Shown here: one piece after another, positions 1-13,477 of the stretch
Numbering within the stretch: the stretch's first letter is position 1
Layout: the number at the start of each line of letters is the position of its first letter
Notes under the pieces: model-generated
What the model was told of the DNA's origin: nothing
The model's database searches: none
The model's input: only the letters and a program-made list of their open reading frames with translations
Source: Syncephalis fuscata S228
Lineage: Eukaryota; Fungi; Zoopagomycota
DNA: 64,000 bases
Direction: 5' to 3'
NCBI GenBank assembly: GCA_025786725.1
Contig: JAHLTZ010000023.1
Location: forward strand, 62,001 to 126,000
Translations under genes and position numbers: made by a program

Positions 1-185
1 GTGCCATGTTTGTAACACTGCCTAAAACACCGGATCAGAACAATAAACAAGATAGGGAAACAACTTTGAATTGAGAAAGTAAAGAACGGCGAAACCAAAG
101 TAAGAAAATATAAGAAACATTTTGCCACCAATAATAACACGAATTTATTATTAATATACTATTAGTCGGCCTAGTAGTATAGTGA

Positions 186-2260
186 TTATACATTAGTAAT
201 CGTATAGCCATTTTGAGACACGCTATCCTCGCTGTTGGCGCCATTTAAATGCAGCTCCCTTTGATGGAATTGGCGTAATGAGGCCCGATGGCCAATTGAA
301 ACCAGAGTGATGCCCAGTTTTATAGCACGGCCATAAAGAATACCTTCAGCCTTTTCGTCGATGGCACTTGTGGCCTCATCCAACACCGCAAAGTCAGGTC
401 GTCTGTACAAAAGACGGGCAAATGCCAAACGCTGTGCCTCACCTGGTGATAGAATACGCGACCACTCCGTGCCATAATCAGTGTCTGGCGAATCTATCTT
501 AATAAGCAAATAGTCAATTCCGGCTGCAGTTAATGCCTCATTCAGTGCCTCATCCGACACTGTGGATGCATCCTCAGGATAGGCAATTTGATTACGGAGA
601 GAACCAATGGCCAAATAAGGCGACTGCGGCAACAGTTGTATTTGGCCACGATGGAGTTGACCATAGAATGAACATTCACCGGAAGCAGCAGTCCACAGAC
701 CACATAACACACGCAGTACTGAGGTTTTACCGGAGCCATTAGGACCAGTAACCAGCCAGTTTTCACCAAGCGCAACCTTTAGGTTTAGATTGTCGACAAG
801 TAACTGACCGGTAGGTGAGCGAATGGCAACATTGTTAAATAAAATGCCACCATCTTTTTGGTTCGGCAAATTGTCCTTTTCATTCTTTTCTCCACTAGAA
901 ATTAACTGATTATCGTCGATATGAATATCTTGTATATCTACATCATGATTATTCTCGTCTTGCATATCAATCGCCTCCAACATCTGGCCAATACGATTGG
1001 TGAAACCGGCCAATTCGGCAAACTTAACTGCTTGTTCCACGATAGTTGTAAACTGAAAAATAAGATACATAGACATAAACGAATGTCGACTAATTAGTGC
1101 AGTAAGTTCCTCTGGCGACAAGTCGTCATATTTGCCGTTATAAATAGGAATGGCGATAATGAGATAAGAAACAATAGAGCCAAAGTAAGAGCTAAAATTG
1201 TTGACTAGAGTTAGCGGTAGTTCCCAAAATACAACTTTCTCTTGACGTTGAATTAGTGCATCCAATGCACTATTGGCAATCTCTTGTTCTTTCTTTTCGC
1301 CCTTTAACATGGCAATTGATTCGTTTTCCGTTCTAAGACGAACATGCAAAAAACTGTCAAAATATAATCAGTTAAGTATAAACTATACGATTAATTGATG
1401 GCATATTATTTCATACCGAAAAAGACCTTCGTGACGTTCCTTCATAAATACGGCCTTAGTTACCGGCGACATGACAAAACGACTGAATATTGAGAATAGA
1501 ACAAAGTAAGTAAGCGATAATACCGGGCCCAATAGCCAGACACCTCCCATGTCTTGACCGTATAATAAATAATGATGAACGGTGAAACAACGATGGCTTG
1601 GAATACTTGACGAGATGTGCTGGCAAACTTGTCAACATCTTGGGCAATACGTTGATCAGTGTTATCGATGTCACTGTTAGAGACAATTGGATAAAAGATG
1701 TTTGGTCGAAGAAAACGCTCATGAAGATGATGAGTCAGCGCATTACGCAGACAGTACTCGAATATGCCGGCAATAAGGTTAACTAGACTTTTACCCTAAC
1801 AATTAGTGTATTAATAATTGTAGAAAAATTATAGTATAGTGTGTTGTAGTGTGTGCAACTTACGATAGTGGCCGCGATAATAAAGCCTATTGATTTGCCC
1901 AAGACCTTGTTGAATTGTTGAGTGTCTTTCACCAAAAGAACGCCAAAGAACTGCGATGGAACGTTGCCGACATAATAAACGGCTACTTCATTCGCACCAG
2001 CAATTACGAGAAGAAATAGATACCAGTAGAACGCGTAACTATGATCGTTAGGATTAAAGGTAATACGGATAATGCGAAAGAGACGTTGTAAAAACAATAA
2101 ATTAAAACCATGTGGCTGCTGCAACGCTTGCTCTTCCAGCTTGGTGGCCGAAGCAATCGGCTTAGCACTAAAGAAATGTTAGAAAAGCCTGTTAATACCA
2201 ATACAGGTCAATATGACAAGTCAATACTTACGGTAATAGTTGTTGCTTTTCCAAAATCAT
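186..2260 (-). CDS. ABCD4: ABCD-family half ABC transporter, ABCD4-like (lysosomal cobalamin exporter-like); multi-exon
   Basis: Walker A GPNGSGKT, signature LSPGEAQRLAFAR, Walker B AVLDEATSA, SIGHR. N-terminal FNLLFLQRLFRII resembles the ABCD4 N-terminus. ATG at 2260 followed by a GTAAGT donor. Confidence 0.85.
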
Positions 2261-3435
2261 ATCCACGCTGATAGCAAAGTAGTTAACACAAATAAAAACG
2301 TAATTGTACCACTGCTATTACTGTTACGGCTACGACAAGAAACGGCTATGGCCAAGCGAAATGACTCAGCGCGCTTCTTATCAAGCTAGCTTCAAAGGCA
2401 TAAAAATCAGATACTAAAATAAAAAAGCAGAAATGCCGAGCACGGGTCGTTAAAACCTCAACATAAATGGGCTGTTGCACATTTTCATTTGAGAAACCAA
2501 ACGCCGACCATAGGCGTGTATAATATACGGGTTATTGGTAGGCTGTTGACAATTATCGCCTTATTGATACCTTCATTTCTGCATGCATATTCACACCATT
2601 TGTGAAACACCGAAAACTTGCAGAATTTATTCGTAGTAACTGTCTACCTGACTAAAGAATAGACGCCACTTACTTTTACTGCTATTTTAAGATTGATACA
2701 GCTTTTGTCCTTTTATCAATATACAAAAGATAGAATTGCTATCTACGAGGTTATTAATAATGTAAATGCTAAAAACAATAGCTCTTAACAAAAGCATGAT
2801 TTAAAATAATCATTTTATTTTATTCAGCTAATAGTAATACGTTTATAATTAATTGCTAGATGATTAAAACAAGGATGCTAAATATTAGTCATGTTATATG
2901 AATGATATTTAAAAGTCACGTAATACATCTATTCTACTTGCTTATTGTGTTAGCATAGTGCAGTTTTTAAATTTAATGTTATGTATATATTCTATATTGT
3001 ATATTGCACATTGTAATAGAAATACATCCATTAACAAACAGTTATACAATTATCTAGATAAATATCAACTATTCCGTGTAGACTATTATGCAACACGCTA
3101 TTTATTTAATTTTATCTGTTTGTAAGCATGGCCTTAATGTAAAGATGAAAATCCATTTAAAACTATTGATTTGATATCAGCAAATCATCATCAGATCACA
3201 TCTCGATTGAATTAGTGAAACAATACATTTAAAGCACACGCCACTCATCACTATTTAATTATGAGTAGTCAATTGAATAAGACATGTTGGCTGTTTCTTT
3301 TCTCACTTGTCAAACGAATAGTTCTCATCGTGCTGTTTCTATCTATCTGTCTATCTGTCTATCTATCTATCTATCTGTCTATTCTTCCATCTTGTTGCCT
3401 ATTAATCTTTTTTGATAATAGTTATTGCTGGAAAT

Positions 3436-6207
3436 ATGTCGAAAGTATTGGTAGATACATTTGCTCGTTGCAAGCAAGAAAGCACGTAGCGCAACCATAC
3501 ACAACCCATCACTCATTGCTAACTTGACTCATTCCAATAGAGCGACCGGCATTTGTCACATTCGTTACAGCCGGTTATCCCACGCTAGACGATACTATCG
3601 ATGTTCTATTCGGTTTGGAGAAAGGTGGTGCTGATATTATTGAACTTGGCACGTAATCCCATTTAATAATTATCATAAACACGTATTAACACAGCCCATT
3701 ATACTAGGCATACCATTTAGCGATCCTATGGCCGATGGACCTACAATCCAAGCATCAAACGATGTAAGTTAGCCAATATAGGTATGTGTGGATACAGGTT
3801 TGTTGACTGCAATACTAGGTCGCTTTAATGCAAGGCGTCGATGTAGCCCGCTGTCTTAGCATAGTTCGTGAGGCACGTCAACGTGGATTAAAGGTGCCTG
3901 TCCTATTCATGGGCTACTACAATCCAATCCTCACCTATGGAGAAGCACGCTTTATTGAGGAAAGTGCCAATGCTGGTGCTAATGGATTTATTGTTGTGGA
4001 TTTACCACCCGAGGAATCTCATCATTTCCGCCAGGAAGCTCAAAAGTTCAAGTAAGCTACCATGTACTATTTGTAGTTATTATTTTGTTGTAGCTATTAT
4101 TTACACATTGCTTTATAGTCTTTCATTTGTCCCATTATTAGCGCCCAATACAGATAATGAACGTATTCGTCAATTGACTGCAGTAGGCGATAGTTTCATT
4201 TATGTCGTATCAAAGATGGGTGTTACTGGACAGACAGCTAAAGTGAACTCACTTTTACCCGATCTTATTGCTCGTGTTCGTCAATACACACATCTGCCAT
4301 TGGCTATTGGATTTGGCGTGACCACTCGCGCTCATTTTGATGAAGTGGGTCAACTTGGTGATGGAGTAGTCATTGGCAGTCAGTTTATGAGTGTGCTTGG
4401 CAAAGCAGGTTAGTACTAATAAGTGGTAGTTATTTAGAAAAAAGTATATTTATATAATATTATTTATAGAATCCGGCCAACGAGGTGAAGCAGTTAGAGC
4501 ATATGCCGCAGAAGTATGTGGTTTAGCCGACCGTGGTCAATCACCAAGTGTCGATGGCCATTCATCTACAGCAACTGAGGCAGCTACTGCTGGTGACTCT
4601 AATGCCACAGATGCCAATGTTATTGTAAGTTATTAGTTTATTAGTAATTGGTATTCGATTAATCTAAATGGTATTATATATAAATACATCTATAGAATAA
4701 GAACGACTTTGCTCGATTTGGCCAATTTGGTGGTCGTTATATTCCAGAAGTGTTAATGAACTGTCATGCAGAACTGTCAAAGGTAAGTTGGTATTACAAT
4801 AAATGATCTATTTGTTTACAAGTAATTTATAGGCATTTGATGAAGCACTTCATGACCCATCGTTCATAGAAGAGTTCCATAGCCATTTTTCCTACATGGG
4901 TCGTGAAAGTTCATTCCACAAGGCGGCTCGTCTGACAGAATATGCCGGTGGTGCCAGTATCTGGCTTAAGCGCGAAGATCTTAACCATACTGGATCGCAT
5001 AAGATCAATAATGCTATTGGTCAAGTATGTAACGTTGTGTAAAAGATTACATTTTTAATAGTTTAATAATTTATATAACTGTTATTAGATTTTGATTGCT
5101 AAACGTCTTGGTAAAAAGCGTATTATTGCCGAAACAGGTGCGGGTCAACATGGTGTGGCCACAGCTACAGTATGTGCTAAATTCGGTCTTGAATGTGTTG
5201 TCTACATGGGTGCCGAGGATGTTCGTCGACAGGCATTGAATGTATTCCGTATGCGACTATTAGGTGCCACAGTTGTTCCTGTTCATTCTGGTAATTAATT
5301 AATTTATATTATATATTAAAAGTATTGACTAATTAATTAATTAATTAATAGGTAGTAAAACGCTGAAGGATGCTGTCAATGAAGCTATGCGCGACTGGGT
5401 GACCAATGTAACAACGACCCATTACCTTATTGGGTCGGCTATCGGACCGGATCCATTCCCTCGAATGGTACGCGAGTTCCAATCGGTTATTGGCCGTGAA
5501 GCACGACGACAAATGTTAGAGGCAACTGGCAAACTGCCTGACTATCTAGTGGCATGTGTTGGTGCCGGCAGCAATGCTATTGGTCTATTCCATCCATTTA
5601 TCAACGATACAAACGTACGTATGCTTGGTGTAGAAGCGGCTGGTGAAGGTACCGATACGCCATTGCATGCAGCAACTTTGTCAGCCGGTACTCCTGGTGT
5701 ATTCCATGGTGCTCGTACCTATATACTACAGAATGCCGATGGACAGATCTTACCGGCCCATAGCGTTAGTGCAGTAAGTAGTCAACAGTAAACTGGCACG
5801 TTATTTGCTATTTATTTAGTTTTAATGGTATAGGGACTCGACTATCCAGCTGTAGGACCGGAACACGCTTGGTTAAAGGATTCAGGCCGAGCTCAATACA
5901 CGTCGGCCACTGATACACAGGCACTACAAGGCTTTAAATGGATGACAGAACTTGAAGGTAAAGATAAACTAATAATAATAATGATAATAATAATAATAAT
6001 AACTTAAAATATACATTTATAGGTATTATTCCAGCACTTGAAACTTCACATGCCATTCATGCTTGCGTTGAATTGGCTCGTACATTGTCAAAGGACCAGA
6101 ATATCATTCTTTGTGTCAGTGGTCGTGGTGACAAAGACACAAATACTGTCGCTGAGGTGCTGCCCAAGTTGGGACCAGCACTCAACTGGGACCTTCGTTT
6201 TGAGTAA
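3436..6207 (+). CDS. TRP5: Bifunctional (alpha-beta fused) tryptophan synthase; multi-exon
   Basis: Alpha motifs [35 protein letters not shown]. Beta motifs [38 protein letters not shown]. Ends NWDLRFE*. Confidence 0.97.
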
Positions 6208-6407
6208 ACAAACAAGTAGGAAAACCTTGTGTTAAACATTTGTGCGTATATGTGTGCAATGACATAAGAAAAGAAATCGATATTAATAGCTTCTTATTAA
6301 ACTCGCTCGTTTTCTGATTATATAGTTATCGTTTATTTATATCATATTATGTGTGTAAAGTGTGTATTATATTTGCATTAACAAGTTGAATTGTTTAAAA
6401 GTACGCT

Positions 6408-8157
6408 TTATAATTTGACAGCTGTTTGTTCCATCATTTCGGAAATATCCCGAATTCGACGTGAACGGCGCTGGTTAAGTCGTTGTCGTTTGTACAATAG
6501 ATGGATCATATCCTAGAATCAATCAAATTAACTATAGTTTATACAAATGCTATCATAATTTACTCTCTTTCTTACCTTCACTACAACAAATAAACAGCCA
6601 CCTAAAATACTACGATTAAATGGATCTCGTACCATTGATCGAACGTAGCCTACACGGCCTAGCATGCTGTTATTGGTAATATAGTAGTAAGCATCGCAGT
6701 TAAACTAGTTATGGCCATGTTACTCATTTCTTACCTTCCACAAAATGAAGCAATAGCTAAATAGTTGTTATTGGTATTAAGTACAATTATATTACTATTG
6801 TCTCTATGACTGCTTACCAGGAAATAAAAGTGCACCAATAACTGTACGCATTACATCGTGCATCACATCAATAAATACTAAATCTTCCATAAAATCATCG
6901 TTAACTTGTTCAGGCTGTCGTGGATCTGCTTGTTGCTGTTGGTGCTGTGTATTGTTAGTCGTACCATCCTGCGATGGTGTATTTAATGGATTATCTTCAT
7001 CATCGGCTGCATCAGTAATTCGCGTTTCATATTGTGGTGATAGCTGTAGATCCCAGCGGCGTTCCATTGAACCAAACGCCAATCTATAAAGGCCATTATA
7101 AGCCATTCTAATTATACAAGTTAAAACATGATTACGTCAAACTGATTAACACTAACCGAACCCAAGGCAGTAAGATGATCGTCATAGCCGGTGTAGGGGC
7201 CATACAACACGGAAGTTTGGCCCATTAATAATGGATAGAGGAATAACGGGCAAAACCGCATCCAAATAATTTGTACGTGAAAGTATTAATCCAATTGGAA
7301 TCATTGGTAGGCCAATCTAAATATTAGATATACAATCATTATGTATATAACAGCGTATATATAGGTATACAATCACAAATATAAGATTAAACATATTTTG
7401 TTATAGTAATCCTATAATTACCCAAACACGCCAGCCCCATGGATTAGGTCCACCTAGTAATCGTTCTCCATATTCAGTACCACAAAGTGTCAATACCGCA
7501 TAAGCTCTAATGATGATTGTACCATTAACATAGATAGTTACAAAGAATACAAATAATTACCCAAAAGTAGTGCAGGTGACAAGAAGACAGCAGCCAAGTC
7601 CAATACCGCAAATAAATGGTATTGTTGAACGAATAACTGTATCACATCGTGACATTATTTCCAATAAAAATGATCTTGACTCAACTAGTTGATAGACAGC
7701 CTTGCACTGTGGACAGTGTACCTAGATTAAATGTTAGCATGTCTACTTAGTTTGCATATATATATAGCAGTAATGACTACAGATATTACGTTACCTTTTT
7801 AAATGGAATATCTTTTTGATTCTCGGTAATCCAGCGTAGTAAACATGATTCGTGGCTCACTAGCGAGCAACTACATGCTTTTACCCAACGGTCTCTCGAT
7901 GTATCATTACGCGATTGCGTTGTTGCAGTATTCGATATATCCATATCTGCTTGCTCTTCCTCGCCAAAACAAATCCAACATTTGCGCTGCTCACCCTCTA
8001 CCGTGGCTGTTGACGCTCTTCTACTCTGTGTTGCCGACAAGGGTGGCTGTGGTTGTTGTTGCTGCTCATTCTGTCCCCTATCTGTTCTACTTGTTGTTGC
8101 TGGCACTATTCGTGCCCGATGGCGTTCCATGAACTGTTGAAAACGCGCGGACGCCAT
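6408..8157 (-). CDS. RING-CH (MARCH5-like) membrane E3 ubiquitin ligase; multi-exon
   Basis: CWICF...ACSCSLVSHESCLLRWI...CPQC RING-variant, downstream hydrophobic segments, C-terminal RSILGGCLFVVVK...RRSRRIRD. Confidence 0.85.
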
Positions 8158-9263
8158 CACTAATACCAATAAATACGTAGAGTCAAAGACGCTAAAAGTT
8201 TCGCCCGTTCAAGATTTGTCTGCTTTTGATAGTCTAGTCTTTTGCGCAAAGCACTAGAGCGCAATGAACAAATGATTCTTAATAAATGATTAACTAAATT
8301 GAAGATGAGAAGCCTTGAAGCGCAATTGGTTGAGAGGAGAGGGATTTGTTTATAAGTTCGATCCTTTTTATTGCGACTTATTGCTTTATTGATAATATTT
8401 CTATGATGGTACCTATCGGTTGGGGTAGATTGTCTTATATTTTTATTTAGTATTGTTGTTTATTCTATGATTATCGACCACGTACTATTAATAAATTTGA
8501 CTGTTTATTGTTAACTGCATTTGTTATCAGCTTGATTCATTTGCCTATTGCTCTTAGTCGTATATTACATGATTTTATCGCCATTCCTCGTGGTTTTTTA
8601 TTAATTCGTCGTGCTATATACTAGTATACATTTTACTAAGCCCTCTATATTAGTAAAAGTCGCGTTTTTATTGTTAATTAAATTGTTTGTCTATTTCATT
8701 ATTACCATTATAATTTATTATAGGTACACGCACCAAAAGTGCCAATAGTCTAATATAATCATACTAAATAAACTGTAGAATTAAGATATGATGCTGATAT
8801 TAAATGCAAATACATCTTCACTAATCTAGGAATTTATTGCAACACATCACTACAACTCTAAGAGCTATAATGATTTTCATAATGTATCATTTCAATGGCT
8901 AAATTTTTATTTTATTGAGTATGACGATTTAAGTAGTACAGCGCATTTTTAAAAGTTTTGATATGAATACTTTGCAAGTTGCCGGATAGACTTATTCCGA
9001 TGCATTGCTCCCTATTTAATTACTTTTTTGCAACATTGTCTATATAATTTCAGTGTAGTACAAGCATAATTGTTACAGCTACAAAGGCCAAAATACGAGT
9101 TGTATAGATGCATTTAAATAAAGAACAAAATTAAAGGCTGGACTGGGTATTCAAAGGCCAAGCTGCATGGATGTATATAAACATCAATATTCCCAAATGA
9201 CCTATGCCATTCAATTAAACATCTAGCATTTTCATAGCATTAATACGCATTTTATTCATTACC

Positions 9264-11053
9264 ATGCATCGTTTGAGTTGTGCTCAATTATTTTTGTTTA
9301 TATCTTTTGGTTATTTGCGCTTTTATATAGTGCCAATGCAAAAATAACCATCTTAAAGGGCAATGTTACCCAAAGCACATATCCTACTTCTGACTACTTC
9401 CTTCGCAGACAGCCATATTATCGATATAATGGCGTTGTGATTCCTTGGAGATTTCAACGTCCTAGGCTGGAAACCATTGCACTTTTGTATCAGTTAATAC
9501 ATCTGATCCAAATATCCAATTCATGGCCAAAATGTCATTGGAATATCCTGATTTTGCCATTGCTATAGACGGTATGATTTGTTTGGTGCTCAATGTACGA
9601 CAAAGCAACAGGTAAACAACCATATTACAGTGTATAACACATACTAATACCACTTTAGATGAACAAAGCAATCGACGATTTATCTCGGCAGTTATCAGAA
9701 GCCAAGCTTCCATTGATTCGATTTTGTTACTATTAGGTTATGTTGACCATTATATTGAGTGGCACCCCGATTATATTAAATATTTTACTGGTAACTTTTT
9801 GATGACATTGTTAAATCATCGTCAATGGTGGTTGCCACAGTTCCATTACTTCAAAATGACTTAGTAATGAAGATTGCTACGGTCAACATCTTAACTTTCG
9901 CTACATTGCTGAGGAAGGTCAGTCAGCACTAGTTATATATCAAGATGATTTAATTGCTAATTTTTTAATAGAACCTGGGCCAGATAATGATATTTTTATT
10001 TCAGATGGAATCCTTGCTTTTAGATGGATTTGTTTTGCTATGGTAGGAGGATATAACGCACCAAGTATAAATAACTATATCTGTTTTCTAGATTATTCTT
10101 ATGATGTTGTATGCATGCGGCCGAATAATAATGCTGATTAAGCTAAAAATGTTAAACTATGACATTCTTTTTGCAGTATTTTGCATTACAATTGTTTATT
10201 GTTGCTGTAAGTGATGTTAAATTAGATAAGCACCAATTACTTACGCTTTTACCAAAGCCGTATTATATCATCTGGTGAACCGGGTTGAATTGTTTAAATC
10301 TCAATGTAGCATTACCACTCTTGTTGCAATAACCATTTTTGATATGATACTTTTGCATTGGTAAGTAGTCATATGTTACAACTAGGCTATTATATATTCA
10401 TATATATATACATATTGACAGGTCAATTGTCGGAAACAGCTATTTTCCAAAAAAGCTGTTATAAGCTTTCGTTGCGTTGTAGCATTTGATTTTATAGTGA
10501 ATGCGTTTGCATATATATACACAATTATTTGTGTCCATTATATGCCATTTTTCAAAGAAAAGAAATATTTAAATGTTTTGGATGCGGCAAGGTATATTAA
10601 ACTTATATTACCTGTGCTTGATGTGCTTATTTTTGCAGGATTCAGTAAGTAGAATGTATATCTCTGTATTTCAATAGCTCATATTGTGGCCAAACAATAG
10701 CCATTTGGTTTTTATTATTGTCTCATAAACTAAGAAAGCATCCAAAAGGCCGTATACGTTTTACATATGTAAATACACATTAAACCTTAAGCTATTTAAC
10801 ACTAATAATGGAATATACATACTAGTTAGCAATATTCACCGCATTAGCACTATCCACCTATGTTATATATTTAGTTCAAAGTGCGATGCATTGGAAATAC
10901 AAGGCAACTTTAAAAAACAACTTACTGGCTATTATTGATGCGTTTTTTGATGTAGCATATACTATACGTGCTTTTATATTTTTAACAGCCATAGGCATAC
11001 GTTGGCCCAGAGTGGAGAAAAGCACAGGCGGACATACACCGTTCAATAAATAA
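9264..11053 (+). CDS. Signal peptide + ~190-aa ectodomain + ~7 TM protein (receptor-like), copy A; several 1-nt indels
   Basis: Signal MHRLSCAQLFL...SANA, GT-AG introns, EPGPDND at the ectodomain/TM border, hydrophobic helices, C-terminal AIGIRWPR. Frame restored by comparison with copy B. Confidence 0.7.
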
Positions 11054-11691
11054 ACAACTATGGGTTGTGATACATCTATAAATTAATTGACTTATGAATA
11101 TACAACTGTAAATAAAATAACTGTCAGTACTATGGCATACAACGCTTATAGCAATGGGTGTAGACTGTGTCAACATTAGATATGATATTTGAACAGAAAG
11201 TATTTCAATGACTTATGGCAATGTTGCCTAAGTTATTTGAAAACAATAAACTACGACAGTAATTTTTGTATAATATTGGGTTTAATGGCTAAATACTGTA
11301 TATTATTTATGTAATTAATGTTGAGAAAATTGGCTTATTAATCTATTCATAATACTAAGCTTACGTTTTTATTCTATTTTATTATAAAGCTGTATAAAAG
11401 CCAGTTTATATTGATTTGTGTGTAAATAGTCATGCAAATGAAGGAAAATATGGGTTTATTAATTAAATATTATACAAGAAAATGTCCTATATTGTGTTTT
11501 ATTGTTTTCAGATAACTAAAAAATTACACGGCATTAATATAGATTATTGAAACGTTATTGCTTCTATTTACATATCATGAACAATCTCGCTATGATTCAG
11601 GCTTATTGTTATAAGCATCAGATGGCACAACACCAACAGCTGCATCACTAAAATTCCTCTCATTCGTGGTTATGCCACAGCCCATAGTTGT

Positions 11692-13477
11692 TTATTTATT
11701 GAACGGTGTATGTCCGTCTGTGCTTTTCTCCACTCTGGGCCAACGTATGCCTATGGCTGTTAAAAATATAAAAGCACGTATAGTATATGCTACATCAAAA
11801 AACGCATCAATAATAGCCAGTAAGTTGTTTTTTAAAGTTGCCTTGTATTTCCAATGCATCGCACTTTGAACTAAATATATAACATAGGTGGATAGTGCTA
11901 ATGCGGTGAATATTGCTAACTAGTATGTATATTCCATTATTAGTGTTAAATAGCTTAAGGTTTAATGTGTATTTACATATGTAAAACGTATACGGCCTTT
12001 TGGATGCTTTCTTAGTTTATGAGACAATAATAAAAACCAAATGGCTATTGTTTGGCCACAATATGAGCTATTGAAATACAGAGATATACATTCTACTTAC
12101 TGAATCCTGCAAAAATAAGCACATCAAGCACAGGTAATATAAGTTTAATATACCTTGCCGCATCCAAAACATTTAAATATTTCTTTTCTTTGAAAAATGG
12201 CATATAATGGACACAAATAATTGTGTATATATATGCAAACGCATTCACTATAAAATCAAATGCTACAACGCAACGAAAGCTTATAACAGCTTTTTTGGAA
12301 AATAGCTGTTTCCGACAATTGACCTGTCAATATGTATATATATATGAATATATAATAGCCTAGTTGTAACATATGACTACTTACCAATGCAAAGTATCAT
12401 ATCAAAATGGTTATTGCAACAAGAGTGGTAATGCTACATTGAGATTTAAACAATTCAACCCGGTTCACCAGATGATATAATACGGCTTTGGTAAAAGCGT
12501 AAGTAATTGGTGCTTATCTAATTTAACATCACTTACAGCAGCAATAAACAATTGTAATGCAAAATACTGCAAAAAGAATGTCATAGTTTAACATTTTTAG
12601 CTTAATCAGCATTATTATTCGGCCGCATGCATACAACATCATAAGAATAATCTAGAAAACAGATATAGTTATTATACTTGGTGCTTATATCCTCCTACCA
12701 TAGCAAACAAATCCATCTAAAAGCAAGGATTCCATCTGAAATAAAAATATCATTATCTGGCCCAGGTTCTATTAAAAAATTAGCAATTAAATAATCTTGA
12801 TATATAACTAGTGCTGACTGACCTTCCTCAGCAATGTAGCGAAAGTTAAGATGTTGACCGGTAGCAATCTTCATTACTAAGTCATTTTGAAGTAATGGAA
12901 TGTGGCAACCACCATTGACGATGATTTAACATGTCATCAAAAAGATTACCAGTAAAATATTTAATATAATCGGGGTGCCACTCAATATAATGGTCACATA
13001 ACCTAATAGTAACAAAAATCGAATCAATGGAAGCTTGGCTTCTGATAACTGCCGAGATAAATCGTCGATTGCTTTGTTCATCTAAAGTGTATTAGTATGT
13101 GTTATACACTGTAATATGGTTGTTTACCTGTTGCTTTGTCGTACATTGAGCACCAAACAAATCAGTACCGTCTATAGCAATGGCAAAATCAGGATATTCC
13201 AATGACATTTTGGCCATGAATTGGATATTTGGATCAGATGTATTAACTGATACAAAAGTGCAATGGTTTCCAGCCCTAGACGTTGAAATCTCCAAGGAAT
13301 CACAACGCCATTATATCGATAATATGGCTGTCTGCGAAGGAAGTAGTCAGAAGTAGGATATGTGCTTTGGGTAACATTGCCCTTTAAGATGGTTATTTTT
13401 GCATTGGCACTATATAAAAGCGCAAATAACCAAAGAGATATAAACAAAAATAATTGAGCACAACTCAAACGATGCAT
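11692..13477 (-). CDS. Signal peptide + ectodomain + ~7 TM protein, copy B (inverted near-identical duplicate of copy A)
   Basis: ORFs 13172-13477 and 13092-13295 match copy A; same exon structure and stop in reverse complement. Confidence 0.7.
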
